A stretch of DNA of 37,266 nt from Nemertoderma westbladi (taxonomy: Eukaryota > Animalia > Xenacoelomorpha). Shown here in pieces: positions 11,629 to 23,394 of the stretch. The stretch spans positions 1 through 37,266 of the forward strand of contig JAUCBJ010003915.1 of NCBI GenBank assembly GCA_032718475.1. The letters are read 5' to 3'. The number at the start of each line of letters is the position of its first letter. Positions within the stretch are counted from its first letter, which is position 1. The notes under the pieces were generated by a model that was given only the letters and a program-made list of their open reading frames with translations, was not told the DNA's origin and searched no databases. The translations under genes and the position numbers were made by a program.

Positions 11629-11984
11629 ATGGATACTAATTCAACTGATATTGTGAAAGTGGCAACAGATAAACTCATTCAAATGTCATCTTATATTGTT
11701 ATCGGTTTGATCATAATATTTGGTAATTCTATTGTCATAGTAACCATCGGAAAGAGACCCACCTTCAGGTTAAAATATATGCCATTGTTGCTATTGGCTA
11801 TTGCCGATTATATAGTCGGTGTATCTAATCTACTTGCTGCTTTTATGAGATTTCCAATGATATTTGGGGGCACCACTGGTGTCTTAGTGGCACCATGGCA
11901 CTGCGCCCAACAACCTTACTTCTTATTATTCATGATAGCGGAAACAGGCCCTGTTTGGATGGTGTTCGCTCTGAGTTTGGACAG
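11629..11984 (+). CDS. Class A (rhodopsin-like, Srsx-like) GPCR, exon 1 (TM1-TM3)
   Basis: N-terminal NST sequon, TM1 GN, TM2 LAIAD, Cys before TM3, ends LSLD-R at AG|GTGAGA (phase 2). Confidence 0.9.
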
Positions 11985-12265
11985 GTGAGAGTGAAAATAA
12001 TATAATTTAATAATATATTATTTACAAAACTTATATATACAAACTTTTTTATATATTTTTTTTTAATATATTTTTAATATAACAAACTTTTTTAATAACT
12101 AGTTGATCAACTAGTTAATTTTTAGTTAAATTAATTTAATGAATAACTATAAATTGATGAATTGGGAAGTAATTCTAACAGGAATTTGGATGAATAACTT
12201 TATAGCAAAAACAGCGAACAAAGGAAATATAAATGAATTATATTATTGGTTTTATCTTCCTCTAG

Positions 12266-12372
12266 GTTTATGGCTGTTATGTTGCCCATGGTTTACCCAG
12301 TGATACAACAAAAGTTACACAAATTTATGGTGTTTTTTCTTCTAACTAATTTCATATCTATGCCATCTGTGG
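12266..12372 (+). CDS. GPCR exon 2 (completes DRF motif, ICL2, TM4)
   Basis: TTTTATCTTCCTCTAG acceptor; (R)FMAVMLPMVYPVIQQKLHKFMVFFLLTNFISMPSV; donor G|GTAAGT (phase 1). Missed by the ORF track. Confidence 0.88.
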
Positions 12373-15163
12373 GTAAGTATCATTTCCAGCTGTGGGTAAG
12401 TATCATTACCAGCTGTGGGTAAGTATCAATGCCAGCTGTGGGTAAGTATCATTACCAGCTGTGGGTAAGTATCAATGCCAGCTGTGGGTAAGTATCACTG
12501 CCAGCTGTGGGTAAGTATCAATGCCAGCTGTGGGTAAGTATCAATGCCAGCTGTGGGTAATTATCACTGCCAGCTGTGGGTAAGTATCAATGCCAGCTGT
12601 GGGTAAGTATCACTGCCAGCTGTGGGTAAGTATCAATGCCAGCTGTGGGTAAGTATCAATGCCAGCTGTGGGTAAGTATCAATGCCAGCTGTGGGTAAGT
12701 ATCAATGCCAGCTGTGGGTAATTATCACTGCCAGCTGTGGGTAAGTATCAATGCCAGCTGTGGGTAAGTATCACTGCCAGCTGTGGGTAAGTATCAATGC
12801 CAGCTGTGGGTAAGTATCAATGCCAGCTGTGGGTAATTATCACTGCCAGCTGTGGGTAAGTATCAATGCCAGCTGTGGGTAAGTATCAATGCCAGCTGTG
12901 GGTAAGTATCAATGCCAGCTGTGGGTAAGTATCAATGCCAGCTGTGGGTAAGTATCAATGCCAGCTGTGGGTAAGTATCAATGCAAGCTGTGAGTAAGTA
13001 TCAATGCCAGCTGTGGGTAAGTATCAATGCCAGCTGTGGGTAAGTATCAATGCCAGCTGTGGGTAAGTATCAATGCCAGCTGTGGGTAAGTATCAATGCC
13101 AGCTGTGGGTAAGTATCAATGCCAGCTGTGGGTAAGTATCAATGCCAGCTGTGGGTAAGTATCAATGCCAGCTGTGGGTAAGTATCAATGCCAGCTGTGG
13201 GTAATTATCACTGCCAGCTGTGGGTAAGTATCAATGCCAGCTGTGGGTAAGTATCAATGCCAGCTGTGGGTAAGTATCAATGCAAGCTGTGAGTAAGTAT
13301 CAATGCCAGCTGTGGGTAAGTATCAATGCCAGCTGTGGGTAAGTATCAATGCCAGCTGTGGGTAAGTATCAATGCCAGCTGTGGGTAAGTATCAATGCCA
13401 GCTGTGGGTAAGTATCAATGCCAGCTGTGGGTAAGTATCAATGCCAGCTGTGGGTAAGTATCAATGCCAGCTGTGGGTAAGTATCAATGCCAGCTGTGGG
13501 TAAGTATCAATGCCAGCTGTGGGTAAGTATCAATGCCAGCTGTGGGTAATTATCACTGCCAGCTGTGGGTAAGTATCAATGCCAGCTGTGGGTAAGTATC
13601 AATGCCAGCTGTGGGTAAGTATCAATGCAAGCTGTGAGTAAGTATCAATGCCAGCTGTGGGTAAGTATCAATGCCAGCTGTGGGTAAGTATCAATGCCAG
13701 CTGTGGGTAAGTATCAATGCCAGCTGTGGGTAAGTATCAATGCCAGCTGTGGGTAAGTATCAATGCCAGCTGTGGGTAAGTATCAATGCCAGCTGTGGGT
13801 AAGTATCAATGCCAGCTGTGGGTAAGTATCAATGCCAGCTGTGGGTAAGTATCAATGCCAGCTGTGGGTAAGTATCAATGCCAGCTGTGGGTAAGTATCA
13901 TTACCAGCTGTGGGTAAGTATCAATGCCAGCTGTGGGTAAGTATCAATGCCAGCTGTGGGTAAGTATCAATGCCAGCTGTGGGTAAGTATCAATGCCAGC
14001 TGTGGGTAAGTATCATTACCAGCTGTGGGTAAGTATCAATGCCAGCTGTGGGTAATTATCACTGCCAGCTGTGGGTAAGTATCAATGCCAGCTGTGGGTA
14101 AGTATCAATGCCAGCTGTGGGTAATTATCACTGCCAGCTGTGGGTAAGTATCAATGCCAGCTGTGGGTAAGTATCAATGCCAGCTGTGGGTAAGTATCAA
14201 TGCAAGCTGTGAGTAAGTATCAATGCCAGCTGTGGGTAAGTATCAATGCCAGCTGTGGGTAAGTATCAATGCCAGCTGTGGGTAAGTATCAATGCCAGCT
14301 GTGGGTAAGTATCAATGCCAGCTGTGGGTAAGTATCAATGCCAGCTGTGGGTAATTATCACTGCCAGCTGTGGGTAAGTATCAATGCCAGCTGTGGGTAA
14401 GTATCAATGCCAGCTGTGGGTAATTATCACTGCCAGCTGTGGGTAAGTATCAATGCCAGCTGTGGGTAAGTATCAATGCCAGCTGTGGGTAAGTATCACT
14501 ACCAGCTGTGGGTAAGTATCAATGCCAGCTGTGGGTAAGTATCAATGCCAGCTGTGGGTAAGTATCAATGCCAGCTGTGGGTAAGTATCAATGCCAGCTG
14601 TGGGTAATTATCACTGCCAGCTGTGGGTAAGTATCAATGCCAGCTGTGGGTAAGTATCAATGCCAGCTGTGGGTAAGCATCAATGCCAGCTGTGGGTAAG
14701 TATCAATGCCAGCTGTGGGTAAGTATCAATGCCAGCTGTGGGTAAGTATCAATGCCAGCTGTGGGTAAGTATCAATGCCAGCTGTGGGTAAGTATCAATG
14801 CCAGCTGTGGGTAAGTATCAATGCCAGCTGTGGGTAAGTATCAATGCAAGCTGTGAGTAAGTATCAATGCCAGCTGTGGGTAAGTATCAATGCCAGCTGT
14901 GGGTAAGTATCAATGCCAGCTGTGGGTAAGTATCAATGCCAGCTGTGGGTAAGTCTCAATGCAAGCTGTGAGTAAGTATAAATGCCAGCTGTGGGTAAGT
15001 ATCAATGCCAGCTGTGGGTAAGTATCAATGCCAGCTGTGGGTAAGTATCAATGCCAGCTGTGGGTAAGTATCAATGCCAGCTGTGGGTAAGTATCAATGC
15101 CAGCTGTGGCTAAGTATCAATGCCAGCTGTGGGTAAGTATCAATGCCAGCTGTGGGTAAGTAT
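12360..15163 (+). repeat. 23-bp tandem array, ~120 copies, starting at the exon 2 donor
   Basis: Unit GCCAGCTGTGGGTAAGTATCAAT, with recurrent variants (TAATTATCACT; GCAAGCTGTGAG). Confidence 0.98.
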
Positions 15164-15495
15164 TTCATAAAATGTCAATGTATACAAATTGTACAAATGA
15201 AGTAAATAATATAAAAATTGTTATTATTATTATTATTTTTAAATTATTTGTAGTACAGTAGCTAAGCATACATAATAGATCGCTTTTGGAAAATAAACCT
15301 TATAGGATCAATCATGACAATAAATTGCGCGTTCACGGCCCATCTGTATCATCCTAAACCTATACTAGAATACAATAAACTGAAACAATATCAAGCCATT
15401 AGAATGATAATTGATTGTGATACAGTTGTTTAATTTAGAAACCTCAACATATATTTCACAGTTTAAATTAATAAAGGTAATTATAATTATTCCAG

Positions 15496-15690
15496 GTATG
15501 ACTTTAGCCTACATGAGGCCACATGTACCAACTATTGCTGCTATTTGTTACGATGGTGTTACTGTCGGTGAACCGTTATGGACTTACATCTTTCTCATTC
15601 CTACTGCGGCATTTGGTGTCATGGCAATGGTTTTCTGTATTATAATTGGGTTGAAGATTCGAATGCAAGGGAAAAAGATGCGCAGTGTTG
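15496..15690 (+). CDS. GPCR exon 3 (ECL2, TM5)
   Basis: TTCCAG acceptor; (G)MTLAYMRPHVPTIAAICY...FCIIIGLKIRMQGKKMRSV; donor G|GTAAGT; phase 1 at both ends matches the neighbouring exons. Confidence 0.9.
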
Positions 15691-15732
15691 GTAAGTGATT
15701 CTTATTTACCAAAATCTGGACACTAAAACCCG

Positions 15733-15893
15733 GTCACTGACGAAATCACTTGAACATCGAATTGATGGTTGCTACACAAGACTACTAAGGGCAGCCCTAA
15801 ACATCAGCTGGAGACAACACATGACAAACACCGAGCTTTATGGTACAATACCACCTGTATCAACCACCCTCCGTGAAAGCAGATTAAGATTCA
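15733..15893 (+). mobile_element. RTE family B fragment (left half of a split copy)
   Basis: LTKSLEHRIDGCYTRLLRAALNISW...; matches 32256-32414. Confidence 0.9.
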
Positions 15894-15908
15894 TGATAAA
15901 ACAGAGTT

Positions 15909-15942
15909 GGGGGGAGGTTGGGGGGGGGGGGGGGGGGGGGGG
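15909..15942 (+). repeat. Poly-G tract
   Basis: A G6 run, then AGGTT, then a run of ~23 G. Confidence 0.95.
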
Positions 15943-16239
15943 ATAATAATGCAGAAGATGTTTAGGGTGATCGAAAAGTTGTTAGTTAATGCCAATATTT
16001 CGGCCGCAACATGTAATAATAATTCAAATAATAATATTTACAAACAACAGGCCTTCATCAGGGCAGTTGTACGGAATGTGTCGGGCTACGTAAAAACTAA
16101 GCACTACTGGTCTACATTTACTACTAAAATACATTACTACTGATTTTTATGTGACAGCTGTCACCGGTGTTGTTACCGGTAGGTCATAACCGACCTAGAA
16201 TAACTATTATCTACGCGTATCCCTGTTAGTAACCGACAA

Positions 16240-16335
16240 ACGAGTTATATAAATATATTATAGTACCATGAGTCGCGTACGAGTTATATAAATATATTAT
16301 AGTACCATGAGTCGCGTATAGTACCATTAGTCGCG
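16240..16335. repeat. 39-bp tandem duplication plus partial third copy
   Basis: ACGAGTTATATAAATATATTATAGTACCATGAGTCGCGT twice, then ATAGTACCATTAGTCGCG. Confidence 0.85.
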
Positions 16336-16523
16336 ATTATATATATAATGTTGTGTGAGGTGATATGTGTATTGTACAATGTACATACTGGCCTGTTATT
16401 AACAGCGCTTATTTTGACGCTTATTTGCTCAATCATCAGTAATCACTTTATGGTGTGCACTGCCTTGTAATGTATTGTTTATTCATACTTATAAGTTTGA
16501 AAATAAAAGAGACCTATCTATCT

Positions 16524-17190
16524 GAGGGTGGGGTAATGGCATTGCGTTAGTGCTCGGGTGGGGTAATGGCATTGCGTTAGTGCGAGGGTGGGGTAATGGC
16601 ATTGCGTTAGTGCGAGGGTGGGGTAATGGCATTGCGTTAGTGCGAGGGTGGGGTAATGGCATTGCGTTAGTGCGTGGGTGGGGTAATGGCATTGCGTTAG
16701 TGCGAGGGTGGGGTAATGGCATTGCGTTAGTGCGTGGGTGGGGTAATGGCATTGCGTTAGTGCGAGGGTGGGGTAATGGCATTGCGTTAGTGCGTGGGTG
16801 GGGTAATGGCATTGCGTTAGTGCGAGGGTGGGGTAATGACATTGCGTTAGTGCGTGGGTGGGGTAATGGCATTGCGTTAGTGCGAGGGTGGGGTAATGGC
16901 ATTGCGTTAGTGCGAGGGTGGGGTAATGGCATTGCGTTAGTGCGAGGGTGGGGTAATGGCATTGCGTTAGTGCGTGGGTGGGGTAATGGCATTGCGTTAG
17001 TGCGAGGGTGGGGTAATGGCATTGCGTTAGTGCGAGGGTGGGGTAATGGCATTGCGTTAGTGCGAGGGTGGGGTAATGGCATTGCGTTAGTGCGTGGGTG
17101 GGGTAATGGCATTGCGTTAGTGCGAGGGTGGGGTAATGGCATTGCGTTAGTGCGTGGGTGGGGTAATGGCATTGCGTTAGTGCGCGGGTC
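16524..17190. repeat. 30-bp G-rich minisatellite, ~22 copies
   Basis: Unit GAGGGTGGGGTAATGGCATTGCGTTAGTGC; degenerate GT-rich sequence continues to ~17270. Confidence 0.97.
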
Positions 17191-17273
17191 GGGTATGGGT
17201 GTTTGGGTTAACACGCTAGTGCAAGGTGTGGGTGCTGTGGTTAGTATGTTAGTGTGTGGGCGTGTTATGAGGT

Positions 17274-18183
17274 TGAAATTATTGCAGCAATCAGATCAGT
17301 ATACGATGGTTCGACAACATTTGTGTCTACTGTTGACGGTGACACAGAACCATTTGAAGTGTTATGGGGCGTCCTCCAAGGAGACACACTTGCACCATTC
17401 TTGTTCATTATTGTGGTTGACTATATTCTACGCATGTCCTTAGATCATCATAATGATGATGGGGTGATGATAACTCCACCTACAGGCTCCAGAAGTCGAG
17501 GAAATCCTGCCAAGTACCTAACTGATCTAGACTTTGCTGATGACTTAGGAGTACTCTCAGAATCACTAGAGGGAGCCCAACGGCTCCTCAACTCATTATA
17601 ACATGCTGCTTCTAGTGTTGGTCTTTTTATTAACTCCAGAAAGACCAAAATTTTGACAGTTAACTTTGAAAGTCCTCAGCAAGTCTCTGATCGGATGAGC
17701 ATAAGCTCAAAGGATGGTATGCTTGAGCATGTGGACGACTTCTGTTACCTGGGATCATGGATCCGGAAGTCAGGTGAGGACCTTCGAATACGTAAGGGAA
17801 AGGCATCGCCAGCCTTGAATAGGCTTTCCAGGATTTGGAAGTCACCGAGAATTAATCGGAAACTTAAGATCCGATTATTTAGAGCAGCAGTAGTTCCAGT
17901 ACTCCTCTACGGGAGTCCATGCTGGGCTCTAACTGCTGTGGACACCAAATCTCTGGATGGCACATTCACAAGAATGCTACGCCGGGTTCATTGTGTCAAG
18001 TACAATGCACACATCTCCAACCAGACACTATATAACATTGGAGGTGTCTCATTGGTTCCCCCAAGCTTGACACTAGAACAAAATCGCCTCCGCTTTGCAG
18101 GACATTGCTTTCGCCGTGAGGACCAGCCAGTGCATAATCTTGTACTTTGGCAGCCTCATGGAGTGAATAAGCATGGTGGACAG
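17274..18183 (+). mobile_element. RTE family A internal fragment, truncated at both ends
   Basis: GVLQGDTLAPFLF, DLDFADD; matches 27254-28164; lacks the 3' end and tail. Confidence 0.95.
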
Positions 18184-18404
18184 TGGGCACTGCTGGCGAA
18201 GTAAAGACGAGGTCATACCAGATCTACTTCTCTGGCAACCAACTCATGGAAAGCGTAGTCGTGGACGACCGGCCATAATATATATAGATCAACTTGAAAG
18301 GGATACTGAACTTGGGAGAAACGAAATTGCGACAACTATGGAGAATCGGGAAGCCTGGAAGGATCTCATTTCCACTATCCGAGTTTGCTCGACCTAGTAG
18401 TAGT
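18181..18404 (+). mobile_element. RTE family B 3' end (right half of the split copy)
   Basis: SGHCWRSKDEVIPDLLLWQPTHGKRSRGRP... through the TAG tail; matches 32413-32640. Confidence 0.92.
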
Positions 18405-20400
18405 TGGAGAATCGGGAAGCCTGGAAGGATCTCATTTCCACTATCCGAGTTTGCTCGACCTAGTAGTAGTTGGAGAATCGGGAAGCCTGGAAGGATCTCA
18501 TTTCCACTATCCGAGTTTGCTCGACCTAGTAGTAGTTGGAGAATCGGGAAGCCTGGAAGGATCTCATTTCCACTATCCGAGTTTGCTCGACCTACTGTAG
18601 TAGTAGTTGGAGAATCGGGAAGCCTGGAAGGATCTCATTTCCACTGTCCAGGTTCGCTTGACCTAGTAGTAGTAGTAGAGTCGGGAAGCCTGGAAGGATC
18701 TCATTTCCACTGTCCGAGTTCGCTCGACCTAGTAGTAGTTGGAGAATCGGGAAGCCTGGAAGGATCTCATTTCCACTGTCCGAGTTCGCGCGACCTAGTA
18801 GTAGTTGGAGAATCGGGAAGCCTGGAAGGATCTTATTTCTACTGTCCAGGTTCGCTTGACCTAGTAGTAGTAGTAGAGTCGGGAAGCCTGGAAGGATCTC
18901 ATTTCCACTGCCCGAGTTCGCTCGACCTAGTAGTAGTTGTAGAATCGGGAAGCCTGGAAGGATCTCATTTCCACTGCCCGAGTTCGCTCGACCTAGTAGT
19001 AGTTGTAGAATCAGGAAGCCTGGAAGGATCTCATTTCCACTGCCCGAGTTCGCTCGACCTAGTAGTAGTTGGAGAATCGGGAAGCCTGGAAGGATCTCAT
19101 TTCCACTATCCGAGTTTGCTCGACCTACTGTAGTAGTAGTTGGAGAATTGGGAAGCCTGGAAGGATCTCATTTCCACTGTCCAGGTTCGCTTGACCTAGT
19201 AGTAGTAGTAGAGTCGGGAAGCCTGGAAGGATCTCATTTCCACTGCCCGAGTTCGCTCGACCTAGTAGTAGTTGTAGAATCGGGAAGCCTGGAAGGATCT
19301 CATTTCCACTGCCCGAGTTCGCTCGACCTAGTAGTAGTTGTAGAATCGGGAAGCCTGGAAGGATCTCATTTCCACTGCCCGAGTTCGCTCGACCTAGTAG
19401 TAGTTGTAGAATCGGGAAGCCTGGAAGGATCTCATTTCCACTGCCCGAGTTCGCTCGACCTAGTAGTAGTTGGAGAATCGGGAAGCCTGGAAGGATCTCA
19501 TTTCCACTGTCCGAGTTCGCTCGACCTAGTAGTAGTTGGAGAATCGGGAAGCCTGGAAGGATCTCAATTCCACTGCCCGAGTTCGCTCGACCTAGTAGTA
19601 GTTGGAGAATCGGGAAACCTGGAAGGATCCCATTTCCACTGTCCGAGTTCGCTCGACTACTAGTAGTAGTAGAATCGGGAAGCCTGGAAGGATCTCATTT
19701 CCACTGCCCGAGTTCGCTCGACCTAGTAGTAGTTGGAGAATCGGGAAACCTGGAAGGATCCCATTTCCACTGTCCGAGTTCGCTCGACTAGTAGTAGTAG
19801 TAGAATCGGGAAGCCTGGAAGGATCTCATTTCCACTATCCGAGTTCGCTCGACCTAGTAGTAGTTGGAGAATCGGGAAGCCTGGAAGGATCTCATTTCCA
19901 CTATCCGAGTTTGCTCGACCTACTGTAGTAGTAGTTGGAGAATTGGGAAGCCTGGAAGGATCTCATTTCCACTGCCCAGGTTCGCTTGACCTAGTAGTAG
20001 TTGTAGAATCGGGAAGCCTGGAAGGATCTCATTTCCACTGCCCGAGTTCGCTCGACCTAGTAGTAGTTGTAGAATCGGGAAGCCTGGAAGGATCTCATTT
20101 CCACTGCCCGAGTTCGCTCGACCTAGTAGTAGTTGGAGAATCGGGAAGCCTGGAAGGATCTCATTTCCACTATCCGAGTTTGCTCGACCTACTGTAGTAG
20201 TAGTTGGAGAATTGGGAAGCCTGGAAGGATCTCATTTCCACTGTCCAGGTTCGCTTGACCTAGTAGTAGTTGTAGAATCGGGAAGCCTGGAAGGATCTCA
20301 TTTCCACTGCCCGAGTTCGCTCGACCTAGTAGTAGTTAGAGAATCGGGAAGCCTGGAAGGATCTCATTTCCACTATCTGAGTTCGCTCGACCTGGTAGTA
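18339..20400 (+). repeat. ~66-bp tandem array (~31 copies) made of the RTE-B 3' terminus plus (TAG)n tail
   Basis: Unit TGGAGAATCGGGAAGCCTGGAAGGATCTCATTTCCACTATCCGAGTTTGCTCGACCTAGTAGTAGT; the same sequence is single-copy at 32571-32640. Confidence 0.97.
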
Positions 20401-20411
20401 ATAGTATTATT

Positions 20412-20575
20412 CAACCAACTCATGGAAAGCGTAGTCGTGGACGACCGGCCATAATATATATAGATCAACTTGAAAGGGATACTGAACTTGGGAGAAACGA
20501 AATTGCGACAACTATGGAGAATCGGGAAGCCTGGAAGGATCTCATTTCCACTGTCCGAGTTCGCTCGACCTAGTA
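20412..20575 (+). mobile_element. Additional RTE-B 3' fragment
   Basis: Near-exact repeat of 18236-18398. Confidence 0.9.
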
Positions 20576-20826
20576 CCGGTAGTTGTAGTCTAGCGAAAGA
20601 TGTAATATTCCGGCGGTTTTAATATACCATGTAGGCCAAAAGCATCGGCGGTGCCTCTGCAAAGCAACACCTCTACAGCCACGATCAGCCTAATGTTATC
20701 TGTTAGTTTAATTTTATAAATCTAATTTTAAAATAATAATTTATTCTCATACACCTAAACAGAAGTTTCATCATACCAAATTAAGTTAAATAAACAAAGA
20801 TTTATTGGTTAACTTAATTCCAACAG

Positions 20827-21107
20827 GGGAGGCAGCCGAATCGAGGTACCGAGCTCAACTTCGGGTCACCAAACTCATGGCAATCCTTGTCGTGTTCAAT
20901 CTGATTCTGGTTATCATCCCGTTTATCGCTAAGGTCATCATATTTAACTTCAACGTCGGTTTGTCTATCGAGAACACATATTATTTGCTCAGCCCATATA
21001 TCTACGTGATATTTTGTTGCAATTCTGGAATAAATTTCTTTCTTTATTGGATTTATGTACCAGAGATGAGAAGAGCCATGAAGCAAACATTGTGTTGCTC
21101 AAAATGA
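20827..21107 (+). CDS. GPCR exon 4 (TM6, TM7, helix 8)
   Basis: TTCCAACAG acceptor; QLRVTKLM..IIP (TM6), NSGINFFLY (NPxxY variant), EMRRAMK (helix 8), CC, TGA. Spliced CDS is 356+107+195+281=939 nt, 312 aa, with no internal stops. Confidence 0.92.
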
Positions 21108-21225
21108 TAAATATATATCACAATTATCTATTTATCTTTTAAATATATAAATAAATAAATAAAACAAAATAAATAGCGGCCTCTTCGACATACTTGAACA
21201 ACATTCTATTCGTTGAATCCTATTT

Positions 21226-21944
21226 AAATATAGTTTAATAATAAATATTATATAAGTTATAAATATAGTTTAATAATAAATATTATATAAGTTATAAATA
21301 TAGTTTAATAATAAATATTATATAAGTTACAAATATAGTTTAATAATAAATATTATATAAGTTATAAATATAGTTTAATAATAAATATTATATAAGTTAT
21401 AAATATAGTTTAATAATAAATATTATATAAGTTATAAATATAGTTTAATAATAAATATTATATAAGTTATAAATATAGTTTAATAATAAATATTATATAA
21501 GTTATAAATATAGTTTAATAATAAATATTATATAAGTTATAAATATAGTTTAATAATAAATATTATATAAGTTATAAATATAGTTTAATAATAAATATTA
21601 TATAAGTTATAAATATAGTTTAATAATAAATATTATATAAGTTATAAATATAGTTTAATAATAAATATTATATAAGTTATAAATATAGTTTAATAATAAA
21701 TATTATATAAGTTACAAATATAGTTTAATAATAAATATTATATAAGTTATAAATATAGTTTAATAATAAATATTATATAAGTTATAAATATAGTTTAATA
21801 ATAAATATTATATAAGTTATAAATATAGTTTAATAATAAATATTATATAAGTTACAAATATAGTTTAATAATAAATATTATATAAGTTATAAATATAGTT
21901 TAATACTAAATATTATATAAGTTATAAATATAGTTTAATAATAA
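21226..21944. repeat. 35-bp AT-rich tandem array, ~20 copies
   Basis: Unit AAATATAGTTTAATAATAAATATTATATAAGTTAT. Confidence 0.97.
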
Positions 21945-22771
21945 CACAAAATAAATTTTAAATAAATAAATATATATTAATTAATTTTATCTTCTATGCT
22001 TGTAATCACGCGTGTAATTTCACATAACACTGATGGAGGTCGTTGAACCGTAATGGATAGGTAATAATTAATTAAATTTAATAAACGCACGTGAAATAGC
22101 CGTATGATATTAGTGATGATCTTACTTAATGTAAGAGTAACAACAACAAATAATTCTATGTTTAGTTTAATTAGGAATTCCATAATATGGAATATTAAAC
22201 ATTTTATGTTGGTGCAATTATTAATAATAGCATAAAGAAACAATGTTAAAACAAATGATTAATTAATTCATGTTTTGCATATAAATTATGTTATAATGAT
22301 AATAATACCGCTTAGGATTCCTAGAATCTCTCTCACGCTTTACAGATTGAATTAATTCCAGGGTGTTTAAAATTTTTTTGTATTTCATTTATTTCTTTGA
22401 GTCAGACTTGGAGGGAAAACCGAGATTTCGTGAAATTTCCTAAAACTTAATGGGATATCCAACAGAGCTAACGCCATTTACATAGCTACGGTAGATTTGG
22501 TACTGTGGACCCTCTCTTTCATACATCTCCAGTATTTTTCGTGCTAAAATTTTCAAAAATTTTTATGACTCCCTAAAGTTAATTAAATATGCTTTCATGT
22601 CCGTATTTGTTTTTGGTGATGGGAATTGTTTATGTAATTCGTTCGTGGATTCTGGAATAGTAGCATTAGAATCTGTTGTTGGTTGGCTATTATCTTGGAA
22701 AGTACATAAAGTAAATGGTAATTATCACAATGTATTCATGTTATCATTATCACAATCAGACAGACAATCAT

Positions 22772-23382
22772 GACTTCTGTTACCTGGGATCATGGATCCG
22801 GAAGTCAGGTGAGGACCTTCGAATACGTAAGGGAAAGGCATGGGCAGCCTTGAATAGGCTTTGGATTTTGAAGTCACCGAGAATTAATCGGAAACTTAAG
22901 GTCCGATTATTTAGAGCAGCAGTAGTTCCAGTACTCCTCTATGGGATTCCATGCTGGGCTCTAACTGCTGAGGACACCAAATTTCTGGATGGCACATTCA
23001 CAAGAATGCTACGCCGGGTTCATTGTATCAAGTACAATGCACACATCTCCAACCAGACACTATATAACATTGGAGGTGTCTCATTGGTTCCCCCAAGCTT
23101 GACACTAGAACAAATTCGCCTCCGCTTTGCAGGACATTGCTTTCGCCGTGAGGACCAGCCAGTGCATAATCTTGTACTTTGGCAGCCTCATGGAGTGAAT
23201 AAGCATGGTGGACAGCCCATGACTTTCTTGAGACGCATCTTAAAGTACACTGGCCTTGAAGATGCGGATGATCTAGACAATATCATGGGTGATATGGAGT
23301 TGTGGCGGTGCAATTTTGTCGATAAGCCGGCACAGCATTCTTAAAAATGCAGCTGCAATGCAGCATGCCGATCCTAGTAGTA
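22772..23382 (+). mobile_element. 5'-truncated RTE LINE (family A)
   Basis: DFCYLGSWI...KPAQHS* followed by a TAGTAGTA tail; no clear TSD. Confidence 0.95.
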
Positions 23383-23394
23383 TAAAAAGTTACA

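Noticed and set aside
12360-15163. CRISPR-like array (also considered for the 49-, 66- and 71-bp arrays)
   Set aside because: Units are contiguous with no unique spacers, there are no cas genes, and the context is eukaryotic.
16489-17443. Repetitive ORFs (PLPHPRTNAM)n and (GWGNGIALVR)n
   Set aside because: By-products of a stop-free 30-bp unit inside an intron; no independent coding evidence.
18294-20454. ORFs with LEGSHFHCPSSLDL repeats
   Set aside because: Translations of the 66-bp RTE-tail array.
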